Positions 49,692 to 58,309 of a stretch of DNA of 64,000 nt are shown one piece after another. Positions within the stretch are counted from its first letter, which is position 1. Each line of letters starts with the position of its first letter. The stretch comes from an uncultured Acidobacteriota bacterium (lineage in GTDB: Bacteria; Acidobacteriota; Vicinamibacteria; Vicinamibacterales; UBA8438): contig CAJWLU010000010.1 of assembly GCA_913043225.1 (NCBI GenBank), positions 73,277 to 137,276 on the forward strand, written 5' to 3'. Position numbers and translations under genes: made by a program. The notes under the pieces are model-generated. The model saw nothing but the letters and a program-made list of their open reading frames with translations. It was not told the origin of the DNA and did no database searches.

Positions 49692-50435
49692 TTAGTTTGT
49701 TAGGTCGCTGTAAATGCCGGTGGTCGCCCACAGTGATGGTCTGTCGCAGGAGAATCCAGCGGTGCTGTAGTTCCCGAGTTCAGGCCGGAAGCCATTAAGC
49801 CGAAGATCTAGTCCTTCGGTCAACTCTTCCCTTGAAGTCCCTACAATGGCCAGAACAAAGTCACTTTCGCGATTCAGCGGACCTCCCAGTCCAGGCAAAT
49901 ACATCTGGACAAGAGCTTCGTTGCCAGCGGCACCATAGTTGCCAGCGATCGTTGAGATTCGGTTGAATGCGCCACGGAGCGAACCGTCGGTTAGACGGCA
50001 AAATGACGTAGTCATAGCGGTCGGATTGGCGAACGGGCCCTCCGCCTGACGCGCAGTAAAGTTCCTGAGCACCTGCGCTGGACCGCAGCTCATGGGCAGG
50101 CGGCCCCGCACCGAGTTGGCCGCTGCTACCCGCCGGTTAATCATCTCCGTAAAGCTTGGATAAAAGAGCGCGACCTGCACGTCCCAGCGTTCCTGATATT
50201 CAGCAGACACGTAGACGGGGCGTCGAAAGAAGACGTTGTCTGGAGAGGTGTCGTTTCGAGGTAGGTCACGAGCCCTCTCTACAAGATCAGCGAAAGTGAA
50301 GCCATCGTCTATCGTGCAATTAGTTAGCCGCACTACTGATTGATCTGGCGGAGGCGGTGGTTCTTGCGCGCGTCCTTCAGCTTCACAGAACACCGAGAGA
50401 ACTAGCGTCAAGGCGAAGAATTTCACTAACTTCAT
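49692..50435 (-). CDS. Secreted 4-Cys two-repeat protein, paralog 3
   Basis: Signal peptide from MKLVKFF; CTIDDGFTFADLVERAR, FYPSFTEM, C..PSLW. Confidence 0.78.
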   Translation of the reverse strand: MKLVKFFALTLVLSVFCEAEGRAQEPPPPPDQSVVRLTNCTIDDGFTFADLVERARDLPRNDTSPDNVFFRRPVYVSAEYQERWDVQVALFYPSFTEMINRRVAAANSVRGRLPMSCGPAQVLRNFTARQAEGPFANPTAMTTSFCRLTDGSLRGAFNRISTIAGNYGAAGNEALVQMYLPGLGGPLNRESDFVLAIVGTSREELTEGLDLRLNGFRPELGNYSTAGFSCDRPSLWATTGIYSDLTN

Positions 50436-50914
50436 GAGTCTTGATCTCCCTAGGCATACCCGGGCACAGAGTCCCAAAAGGCCCTGCAAGTTCGCGCCTT
50501 GCTGTATGGGTAGGTAAGTATTCCGTATAGTTGACGACGCTTTTTATTGTCGGCGCCCATGGTGGCACGAGGAATACTGACGAGTCAATGCGACAGGTGG
50601 GCGAGGTGCGCTGTGACGCGATCGCGAACCTGGGCTGGTGGGAGGGAGAGTGAGGCTCCATGAGACCGAAACGTAATAGTCGTTGGCCGGATTGACCGAC
50701 GAAGCCATGTGCATTCCCTTGTCAACGTGGATTGTCCGTGTGCCGGCCCGCGAAGTCTGGTGATGACCGGCGTGGAGGGGGTCGGCCTAAGGTGACGTTG
50801 CGTCGACCGCACTCTCCATTGCAGAATTCGGTGCCGCTTCTCGATTGCCCGCGGTAGGTACCGATGTTCTGCGATTACAAGAGCTGATCTTTCACCACAC
50901 ACTGGAGGCCAAGA

Positions 50915-51298
50915 GTGTCACTGTCTAACATCATTTCGCTGGAAGAGGATGCCCTCTCATTCGAGGGTAAGGTTACGTCTGTCGCTCTCACCGACGACGG
51001 GGGCACGATCACAGGAAGAGGGAACGCCTCGGTCTATGGACTCATTTACGTGACCTACAACATCACGGTCAATCCAAGCTCACCAGGTCGGGGTGCCATG
51101 GACGGCCGGGCAACGGCGATTGCCGACGATGGGACTGAGGCCACTGCCGTCCTGAGCGGTGTCTGGGACCGGCAGGGCCACTTGGCGAAGATCTACTGCT
51201 TTGATGACATTTCTGATGGGCACATCCACCTTGCCGTGGTGTCGATCGACTTCAAAGATGAGTCGTTGCGGGTCGATTTCTCTAGAGTGAAGCGGTAG
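50915..51298 (+). CDS. Hypothetical small beta-barrel protein
   Basis: GGAGG RBS before GTG; shares DD..G.W...G...ISDG with 42813-43196. Confidence 0.75.
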   Translation: MSLSNIISLEEDALSFEGKVTSVALTDDGGTITGRGNASVYGLIYVTYNITVNPSSPGRGAMDGRATAIADDGTEATAVLSGVWDRQGHLAKIYCFDDISDGHIHLAVVSIDFKDESLRVDFSRVKR

Positions 51299-51596
51299 AC
51301 AGCGAGGCGGGTTGCCGGAGACCCCGCGCGGGATCCATAGTCGGCTGGGCGGGAGGTCGCGGTCGCCACTAGTGGCGCCTGGCTTTCCGCCCCTTCCTTC
51401 GTCGTCGCGGTGAGGTGACTGGCCGGGACCGTCATCTGGCCGGCCAGCGGACACCTGGAACTCGGCATACCAGTCGAACGCCTGCGAGTGGCCGAGGCGC
51501 TTGACCGGCATGGCGGGAATGAGCATGCTCTGAAGTAGCAGTTTCGCGGGCTCCTGTGCGGGCCCGCTCGTGACAACCCAAACAGAGGACAACATC

Positions 51597-52547
51597 GTGT
51601 TCACTCGGTCGTGTGCCGTTATGCTCGCCGCCTGTCTCGTCAGCAGCCTCAGTGTTGCCCAGCCGTCTGATTCGGAGCGCACCTACGAGGTGCCAAGAAC
51701 GGAGCACGGTGCCCCAGACTTCCAAGGCGTCTGGAGCACCAGATTCAGCACCGGACTGGAACGCCCACCGGGCATGCCCCTCGTCCTGTCACCCGAGGCG
51801 GCAACTGGGTATGCCGCTGCGGTTGAAACGAGCCTAGCTGGCAACACCGACCCCGACATCGACCGGTTTGGCGCTCACGTGCTGGCGATGGTCGACGGAG
51901 AGTACCGGAGTTCGGTCATCACCCATCCCGACAACGGGATCCTGCCCTTCAATGAGTACGGCACGAGCCTGTCCGGGCACGCCTACTTTATTGGTCGCGG
52001 CTACGACGGTCCTGAGGATCGGCCGGGCACGGAACGGTGCACCGAAGCGTGGGGCGATCCGCCGATGCGGGCGTTCATGTATCAGCTATTCCATGGCTTC
52101 GTGCAGTCGGCCGAGACCATCGCGATTGTGAGTGAAGAGGTCAATCCGGTCCGCATCATTCACATGGGCGAGAAGCGGCGCCCGGAGGCGGTTACCGGTT
52201 TTGGGGGCCACTCAGTGGGGCGCTGGGAGGGGAACACGCTGGTGGTGGAGACTACCCACTACAGCGAGCGGAATCCCGAACGTGCCACCATCGCGCGTCC
52301 GATGCTACTCAGCGACAAGGCTCGCGTGACCGAGCGTTTTACCAGGACGTCGAAGACCGAGCTGAACTATCAGTTCGAAGTGGACGATCCAACCTATTAC
52401 ACTGAGCGCTGGCGCGGCGAGTTTTCCTTTACCCGGGAAGCGAGCCCACGCCTCTACGAGTACGCCTGTCACGAGGGGAACTACAGCATGGTTGTCGCGC
52501 TTGAAGGTGAGCGGGTGATCGAGGCGCAGGCCGCTCGAGATCAGTAG
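51597..52547 (+). CDS. Secreted hypothetical protein (PDFQG.W...EYACHEGN family), paralog of 29436
   Basis: GAGGA before GTG 51597; PDFQGVW, ERC, GHSVGRWEGNTLVVET, EYACHEGN. Confidence 0.8.
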   Translation: MFTRSCAVMLAACLVSSLSVAQPSDSERTYEVPRTEHGAPDFQGVWSTRFSTGLERPPGMPLVLSPEAATGYAAAVETSLAGNTDPDIDRFGAHVLAMVDGEYRSSVITHPDNGILPFNEYGTSLSGHAYFIGRGYDGPEDRPGTERCTEAWGDPPMRAFMYQLFHGFVQSAETIAIVSEEVNPVRIIHMGEKRRPEAVTGFGGHSVGRWEGNTLVVETTHYSERNPERATIARPMLLSDKARVTERFTRTSKTELNYQFEVDDPTYYTERWRGEFSFTREASPRLYEYACHEGNYSMVVALEGERVIEAQAARDQ

Positions 52548-52776
52548 GATCGACCTGTCCCAACCTGCGCTAGTCGATCACCGACTGCTTGCGCCGCTCC
52601 CGGTTTCCGGCGCAGCTGCCCCCGACGGTATTGCCGAGCCGGTTCATCGATCACTTCGCCGGCGGCCAACATCAACGACCTCGTCCAGTGTACCGCTTGT
52701 GGGCAGGTCTGCGAACGGAGGTCCGGTTTCCCCGCACGCGTGCTATGGTCGGGCCAGACTTGGACAGGAGGATGCC

Positions 52777-53928
52777 GTGCACCGAGCGATCCGACTGAAC
52801 GTTCTGCTGATATCTGGCGGGCTATTGGTCCTGTCGCTCGCCTGCGGGACGCCGCCGCCAGCCGAAGAGTCGCCCGACTCGGTCACGGCCTCGGCGCCTG
52901 ATCCCGGCGATCCGGATGGGTTCGTGTTTGACCCGACCTGGCCAAAGCCGCTGCCAGACAACTGGACGCTTGGCAACGTGGTGGGCGTCGCCGTGGACGC
53001 CAGGGACCATATCTGGGTGCTCCATCGACCCGGGAGTCTGACTGCGGAGGAGGCTGGTGCGGCGGCGAGTCCCCCGCTCGCTGAGTGTTGTCGGCCGGCC
53101 CCGCCGGTCATCGAATTCAACCAGGTGGGTGATGTCGTCCAGGCGTGGGGTGGTCCCGGGGACGGCTACGAGTGGCCGCAGTCGGAACACGGTATCTTCA
53201 TCGACCATCTCGATAACGTCTGGCTCGGTGGTAGCGGGGGCGCCGATGCGCAGGTGCTGAAGTTCACCCGGGATGGCGATTTCCTGCTCCAGATTGGCAG
53301 ACAGGGGCAGAGCCAGGGCAGCAACGACCTCGAGAATTTCGGGCAGCCGGCCGAGATCGACGTCGACCCAGAAACGAACGAGGTCTACATCGCCGATGGG
53401 TATGGCAACCGCCGGGTTGCGGTCTTCGACGCCGACACCGGCGAGTATCGCCGCCACTGGGGCGCCTACGGCAACACGCCCACCGACGACGCCTACACCT
53501 ACGACCCGGACACGCCACCGTCGCAGCAATTTGGCCGGCCGGTCCACTGCGCAACGCTGTCGGCGGATGGTCTGGTCTACGTCTGCGACCGGGTGAACAA
53601 CCGTATCCAGGTGTTCGAGCGTGATGGCACCTTCCTGAACGAAGTGATGATGGCGCCGCGGACCCTGGGCTTCGGGTCGGCGTTCGACGTCGATTTCTCA
53701 CCCGACCTAGAGCAGCGGTTCCTCTACAACGTCGACGGAATGAACCAGCGGGTCTGGCTGATCGAACGGTCGAGGCTGGAGATCGTGGGGTCGTTTGGGT
53801 TCGGTGGCCACGTGGCTGGTGGCTTCACGGCAGCTCACAGCCTCGCCGTCGACTCGCACGGCAGCATTTACATTGGCGAGACACTTGAAGGCAAACGGGT
53901 GCAGCGCTTCGTCAGCCGCGCGCCGTAG
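52777..53928 (+). CDS. NHL-repeat beta-propeller lipoprotein, PAL (peptidyl-hydroxyglycine lyase)-like
   Basis: AGGAGG RBS; lipobox LSLAC; EHGI, YIADGYGNRRV, VHC, VCDRVNNRIQVF, AHSLAV. Confidence 0.8.
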   Translation: MHRAIRLNVLLISGGLLVLSLACGTPPPAEESPDSVTASAPDPGDPDGFVFDPTWPKPLPDNWTLGNVVGVAVDARDHIWVLHRPGSLTAEEAGAAASPPLAECCRPAPPVIEFNQVGDVVQAWGGPGDGYEWPQSEHGIFIDHLDNVWLGGSGGADAQVLKFTRDGDFLLQIGRQGQSQGSNDLENFGQPAEIDVDPETNEVYIADGYGNRRVAVFDADTGEYRRHWGAYGNTPTDDAYTYDPDTPPSQQFGRPVHCATLSADGLVYVCDRVNNRIQVFERDGTFLNEVMMAPRTLGFGSAFDVDFSPDLEQRFLYNVDGMNQRVWLIERSRLEIVGSFGFGGHVAGGFTAAHSLAVDSHGSIYIGETLEGKRVQRFVSRAP

Positions 53929-54019
53929 CAGCGCGGCACGAGGACGCCGGCTTGCTAACGCGCCGGACTCGGGCGAGCCAGCCGCGCGCCATTCACGTCC
54001 GCGCCGCTGCCGAGGGGGC

Positions 54020-55369
54020 TCATTCCAGAGCGGGTTGGCCTAAGGGAGACTCGACACGTGCTCGGCGGGAGAGTCGGCCGGCAGGCGCGATCAGCCACAG
54101 GTTGCCGGCTAGGCGGCCCACCAGCATGGCGGCCGCCGCCGCCGTGGCACCGACCCACGACAGGCTGAAGATGGTGACGGTCAGCACACCCACCGCCGCC
54201 AGCAGCTCCGCCAGCGACGACCAACTGATGGCCCTGGTCTCGCGGGCGTGCAGCAACGTTGACCGCTGGAACGCGATCCACACCGAGCAGAGCGGCATCC
54301 AGGCGAGGATGCGGGTCGGCCCCTCGGCGAACGCCGCGAGGGCCGGCGTTAGACCGGAGACCTGCTCGAACCATACGTTCGCCAGTGGGGTGTAGGCAAT
54401 CGCCGCCAGCGCGAGAGTCGAGGTGAGAGCTAGACCGATCCCGAAGTTACGAACGGGCCGATAGTGTTCCCACTGGTCGCCGAAGAGAGTAATCCCGACT
54501 TCTTGGTAGGAGAGTCCCAGCGCCCGAAACAGGAAGGTCAACCCGTGCACTACCGGAATGACGGCGAGTGACTCCACGGGATAGCGGGCGTGAACCAGGA
54601 AGAAGGTGATGGTCGGCTGTACGGACAGCGTGACCACCGTGGTCAGGGCGAGTGGCAGATAGAAGCTTGAGATTCCGGCCAGATCCAGCGGCGCCCCCGG
54701 GGTGGGCGAGCTAGTCGTGAGCCGGGCCACCACCTCCCGCGTCATCCATCGGCTGGCGATCGCTTCGGCGATCACGCCTGCCGCCAGGGCTAGTGTGGCC
54801 ACATGCACGCCTGCCAGGCCAGGTAGCTGCGTGCCCAGGGCCGCCATCGCGGTCATGGTGACGAGCCGCAGCACCGTGCCGTAGGCCACCCGCCTGGTCA
54901 GGTTGTGGCGGATGAGTAGACCCTGCAGGAACCGCCGGTATCCGATGGCCACCGGCCACGGCAGCATCAGCGCCAGCCCCTGATGCGCCAGGCTGGCGAT
55001 GTCCGGAGGCAACCCGATGAGGGAAACGGCGAGCCGGTCGAAGACGGGCGGGAGCACTACGACGAGCTGCAGGAGAGTCAGGATTGCGCTCAGGCTGAAC
55101 GTGAACCGGCGGAGCGCCAGGTAGCTGGGTTTGTCGGTCACCAGCGCGGTGGAGGCTGACATCAGCATGATCACCGGCGCCTCGATGATGACCGCCAGCG
55201 ACAGCGCGACACCGAAGGCTGCGAGATTCTCGGTGGGGTCGGCCAGCCGGGCGACGATCGCGGCCAGGTAGGGGGCCTCAACCGCCATCATCAGCCAGGT
55301 GCCAGCTAGCGGCAGCCAGAACGTGCAGATCTGTCGGTAGGAGAGGTGCGAGCGCGGCATGCGATCCAA
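54020..55369 (-). CDS. MOP/MATE superfamily (ANKH-like) membrane transporter
   Basis: About 12 TM in two repeats (FWLPLA.. / FYLPLA..); RRFLQGLLIR. Confidence 0.75.
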   Translation of the reverse strand: MDRMPRSHLSYRQICTFWLPLAGTWLMMAVEAPYLAAIVARLADPTENLAAFGVALSLAVIIEAPVIMLMSASTALVTDKPSYLALRRFTFSLSAILTLLQLVVVLPPVFDRLAVSLIGLPPDIASLAHQGLALMLPWPVAIGYRRFLQGLLIRHNLTRRVAYGTVLRLVTMTAMAALGTQLPGLAGVHVATLALAAGVIAEAIASRWMTREVVARLTTSSPTPGAPLDLAGISSFYLPLALTTVVTLSVQPTITFFLVHARYPVESLAVIPVVHGLTFLFRALGLSYQEVGITLFGDQWEHYRPVRNFGIGLALTSTLALAAIAYTPLANVWFEQVSGLTPALAAFAEGPTRILAWMPLCSVWIAFQRSTLLHARETRAISWSSLAELLAAVGVLTVTIFSLSWVGATAAAAAMLVGRLAGNLWLIAPAGRLSRRARVESPLGQPALE

Positions 55370-55405
55370 ACGATCGTATCCGGTATCTGCTATCCTCGGC
55401 GTCCG

Positions 55406-55867
55406 ATGTCAGCCTCCCTTCCCGACCGTGAGGTCATGGCCGTCGTGTCCGCGACGGACGCGCTCGATCTGTTGTTGCAGCGGGCTCGGACCCGGTTGGA
55501 CCGCCTGCATCCTGTCGAGGCTGCTGCCGAGGTCGCCTCCGGTGCCAGGCTCGTCGATACTCGACCTGAGTTTCAGCGAAGGGCTGATGGCGACATTCCC
55601 GGTGCCATCGTTATCGAGCGCAATCATCTCGAGTGGCGCCTACACCCCGAGAGTGAAGGGGCCATTTCAGAGGCAACGGATTTGAACCTGCGCTGGCTGG
55701 TTATCTGCGACGAGGGGTACTCGTCGTCGTTGGCGGCGGCCACACTCCGGCTGATCGGTCTCCGACGGGCTACCGACGTCCTCGGCGGGTTCCGCGCCTG
55801 GCGGGCGGCTGGTCTGCCGATCGAACGGCGGGTGACGCCGGTCTCGCCGCGTCTCTACGCGCCCTGA
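55406..55867 (+). CDS. Rhodanese-like domain protein
   Basis: LVDTR, IPGA, LEWR, CDEGYSS, GGFRAW. Confidence 0.85.
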   Translation: MSASLPDREVMAVVSATDALDLLLQRARTRLDRLHPVEAAAEVASGARLVDTRPEFQRRADGDIPGAIVIERNHLEWRLHPESEGAISEATDLNLRWLVICDEGYSSSLAAATLRLIGLRRATDVLGGFRAWRAAGLPIERRVTPVSPRLYAP

Positions 55868-55982
55868 GCTGTTTGGGCAATCCTCGTCTCAGCAGACACT
55901 GCCGCGCGGTGCACGCCGACCCCACTATCGCAGGGGCGTCGATACAATGGGTGTCGCCTCGCATGACAAACGGAGGAGTGCC

Positions 55983-56894
55983 ATGAACCGTCCTTTCGGC
56001 GTCCTGAGCACGTTGCTGCTGACGGCTACCCTTGCGACCGGCCAGGGCACTGACCTGTTTGAGCAGGTCAAGCACCACCAGGCCGACAACGCCGGCGTGT
56101 CGATCCACTACGTCACCCACGGCGAGGGGCCGGTCGTGCTCTTCGTTCATGGATTCCCGGACTTCTGGTACTCCTGGCGTCACCAGATGGCTGGACTGGG
56201 GGACAGCTATACAACGGTGGCGATGGACCTGCGCGGCTATAACCGCAGCGACAAGCCTGAAGGGGTCGACAGTTACCGGATGCCGCAGCTGATGTCCGAT
56301 ATCTCGGCGGTGATCGACGACCTGGGCGTCGAGGACGTGACGCTCGTTGGCCACGACTGGGGGGGTGCCATCTCCTGGCGCTACGCCAGTGCCTACCCGG
56401 ATCGGGTCAACAAGCTCGTCATCGCCAATCTGACCCATCCCCGCGGGTACGCGAACGTCCTCGCCAACGCGACGGCCGAGCAGCAGGCCAACACGCAGTA
56501 CGCTCGCAACTTCGCCAGCTCGGAACCGGGAGGTAACCAGAGCGCCACGATATTCACCGACCGGCTGGTGCCGGAGGAGGGTCCGGTCAAGGAGCGGTAT
56601 CGCGCCGCGTTTGAACGGTCGGACTACGACGCTATGGTGAACTACTATCGCGCCGCCTTCGGTGGGGGCGACACTCGCCTCGCGCTTCCGATGCCCAACA
56701 TGCAGATGCCGGTGTTGCAGTTCCATGGTTTGCTCGATACGGCTGTGGATAAGGACGGTCTCAAGGGCACCTGGGACTGGATCGACGCCGACTACACGAT
56801 GGTGACCGTGCCTGACGTTGGCCACTGGGTACAGCACGACGCGGCTGAGTTGGTGACCACCACCATGCGCTGGTGGTTGGCGAGCCGGCCCTAG
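55983..56894 (+). CDS. Secreted alpha/beta hydrolase (epoxide hydrolase-like)
   Basis: GGAGGAG RBS, signal peptide; HGFPD, DLRGYN, GHDWGG, NYYRA, GHWVQ. Confidence 0.9.
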   Translation: MNRPFGVLSTLLLTATLATGQGTDLFEQVKHHQADNAGVSIHYVTHGEGPVVLFVHGFPDFWYSWRHQMAGLGDSYTTVAMDLRGYNRSDKPEGVDSYRMPQLMSDISAVIDDLGVEDVTLVGHDWGGAISWRYASAYPDRVNKLVIANLTHPRGYANVLANATAEQQANTQYARNFASSEPGGNQSATIFTDRLVPEEGPVKERYRAAFERSDYDAMVNYYRAAFGGGDTRLALPMPNMQMPVLQFHGLLDTAVDKDGLKGTWDWIDADYTMVTVPDVGHWVQHDAAELVTTTMRWWLASRP

Positions 56895-56917
56895 CTTTCA
56901 CCTGGAGCACCCCCATA

Positions 56918-57129
56918 CTCCTTCACGACATCGTCAAGGTACGTCCGTGAGACCCACCTTCTGTTTAGGTGGGTCGACCCTGAGCCCAGTCGGCTCCAGG
57001 ACGCGCTGGGTATCACCACGCCGGTGAAATGGGACGTCCGGCTCGACGTCCGCGCCTGGCGCTAGGGAGCCAGCCGGTTGGTATTTACCGGCGTCGATCC
57101 GTCGGACACAATGCCTCAAAGGTGAGGAG
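56918..57129. ncRNA. Candidate structured RNA or cis-regulatory leader (unassigned)
   Basis: Dense complementary segments across a ~210-nt intergenic region: 9-bp GACCCACCT/AGGTGGGTC, ACGCCGGT/ACCGGCGT, GGACGTC/GACGTCC, and end-to-end pairing. Confidence 0.45.
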
Positions 57130-57136
57130 AACGGCC

Positions 57137-58303
57137 ATGGCCAGCACACTCGATCGGCGGCGGTTCGTGCAGGTGGGAGCGACGGGTTTCGGCGCAAGTC
57201 TGCTTTCGGGAAATCTCGGCGCAGCGCCTTTGTACCAGGACCCGGCGATCCTCGCCGCGCCGCGGCAGGTTCGGATGAGCGGTGACGGCCTGGGACTCAC
57301 CGCTCTCGAGCAGGGCCGCCTCTTGACCGGGCTGGCCGACGAGGGCCGAATCGTTCGTGATTCCTATTCCAATGGCGGTACGGTCACGCAGCTTGAGGAG
57401 GCGTGTGCCACGCTGCTCGGGAAGGAGCGCGCCGTATTCATGCCGACCGGCACGCTGGCGAACCATCTAGCGGTACGGGCGCTGGCCGGCGGTGAGGGGC
57501 GGGCAGTGCTTCAGGCCGAGAGTCATCTCTACAACGACTCAGGCGATTGCGTACAGACGCTGAGCGGCATCACTATCATGCCCCTAGCCCCGGACGCTGC
57601 TACCTTTAGTCTCGAGGCGTTGCGGGAGGTGATTGCGCGTACCCGCAGCGGCCGGGTGGCCCGACCGGTCTCGGTCATCTCGATCGAGACGCCGGTGCGG
57701 CGGAGTTTCGGCGAAACATTCGATCAAGCAGAGTTGGACAGAGTGACGGCTTTCGCGCGGCAAGAGGGCATCCGGCTGCATCTGGACGGCGCGCGGTTGT
57801 TCCTCCAGAGCGCCTATACCGGCGTCGATGTGGCCGAGTATGCGCGTCCGTTCGACACCGTTTACATCTCGCTCTATAAGTACTTCAACGCGGCATCGGG
57901 CGCGATTCTCGCCGGCCCGCGGGCGCTGCTCGACGACATGTTCCACACGCGCCGGATGTTCGGCGCGGGGCTGCCTGGCGCCTGGCCGTTCGCGGCGCCG
58001 GCGCTCCACTACCTTCCCGGGTTCACCGATCGTTTCCGTGGTGCGGTCGAGGTGTCCGAGATCTTTATGGAGCGGATCGAGGCCCACGAGGCGTTCACGG
58101 TGGAACGTGTGCCCAGAGGGACCAATTTGTTCAGGCTTCGGGTCCACGCTGCCGACGTGGCTCGGTTCCGGCGTCGACTGGAGGAGCGGGAGATCCTGCT
58201 GGGTGCCCCGCGTCCGGATGGGCGAATCCTGGTCGGTGTGAACGAGACGTGGAATCGTCAGTCCGCGACCGAGCTCGTGGACGCGTTCATCGCAGCGCTC
58301 TGA
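57137..58303 (+). CDS. Low-specificity threonine aldolase-like PLP enzyme with Tat signal
   Basis: GAGGAG RBS; DRRRFVQ Tat motif; FMPTGTLAN, HLDGARL, SLYK. Confidence 0.85.
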   Translation: MASTLDRRRFVQVGATGFGASLLSGNLGAAPLYQDPAILAAPRQVRMSGDGLGLTALEQGRLLTGLADEGRIVRDSYSNGGTVTQLEEACATLLGKERAVFMPTGTLANHLAVRALAGGEGRAVLQAESHLYNDSGDCVQTLSGITIMPLAPDAATFSLEALREVIARTRSGRVARPVSVISIETPVRRSFGETFDQAELDRVTAFARQEGIRLHLDGARLFLQSAYTGVDVAEYARPFDTVYISLYKYFNAASGAILAGPRALLDDMFHTRRMFGAGLPGAWPFAAPALHYLPGFTDRFRGAVEVSEIFMERIEAHEAFTVERVPRGTNLFRLRVHAADVARFRRRLEEREILLGAPRPDGRILVGVNETWNRQSATELVDAFIAAL

Positions 58304-58309
58304 ACCCGT

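Noticed and set aside
35301..51300. Intact prophage, ICE or integron
   Set aside because: No integrase, phage or conjugation genes, no attR copy of the tRNA end, and no repeated attC-like sites were seen.
51440..51540. Possible glyoxalase/VOC N-terminal remnant (LIPAMPVKRLGHSQAF) on the minus strand
   Set aside because: Too short and too weak to support by eye.
56918..57129. Firm call as 6S RNA
   Set aside because: Only short similarities are present (CCCTGAGCC, ACCCACCT) and the typical central-bubble motifs are not evident. It is left unassigned pending an Rfam search.
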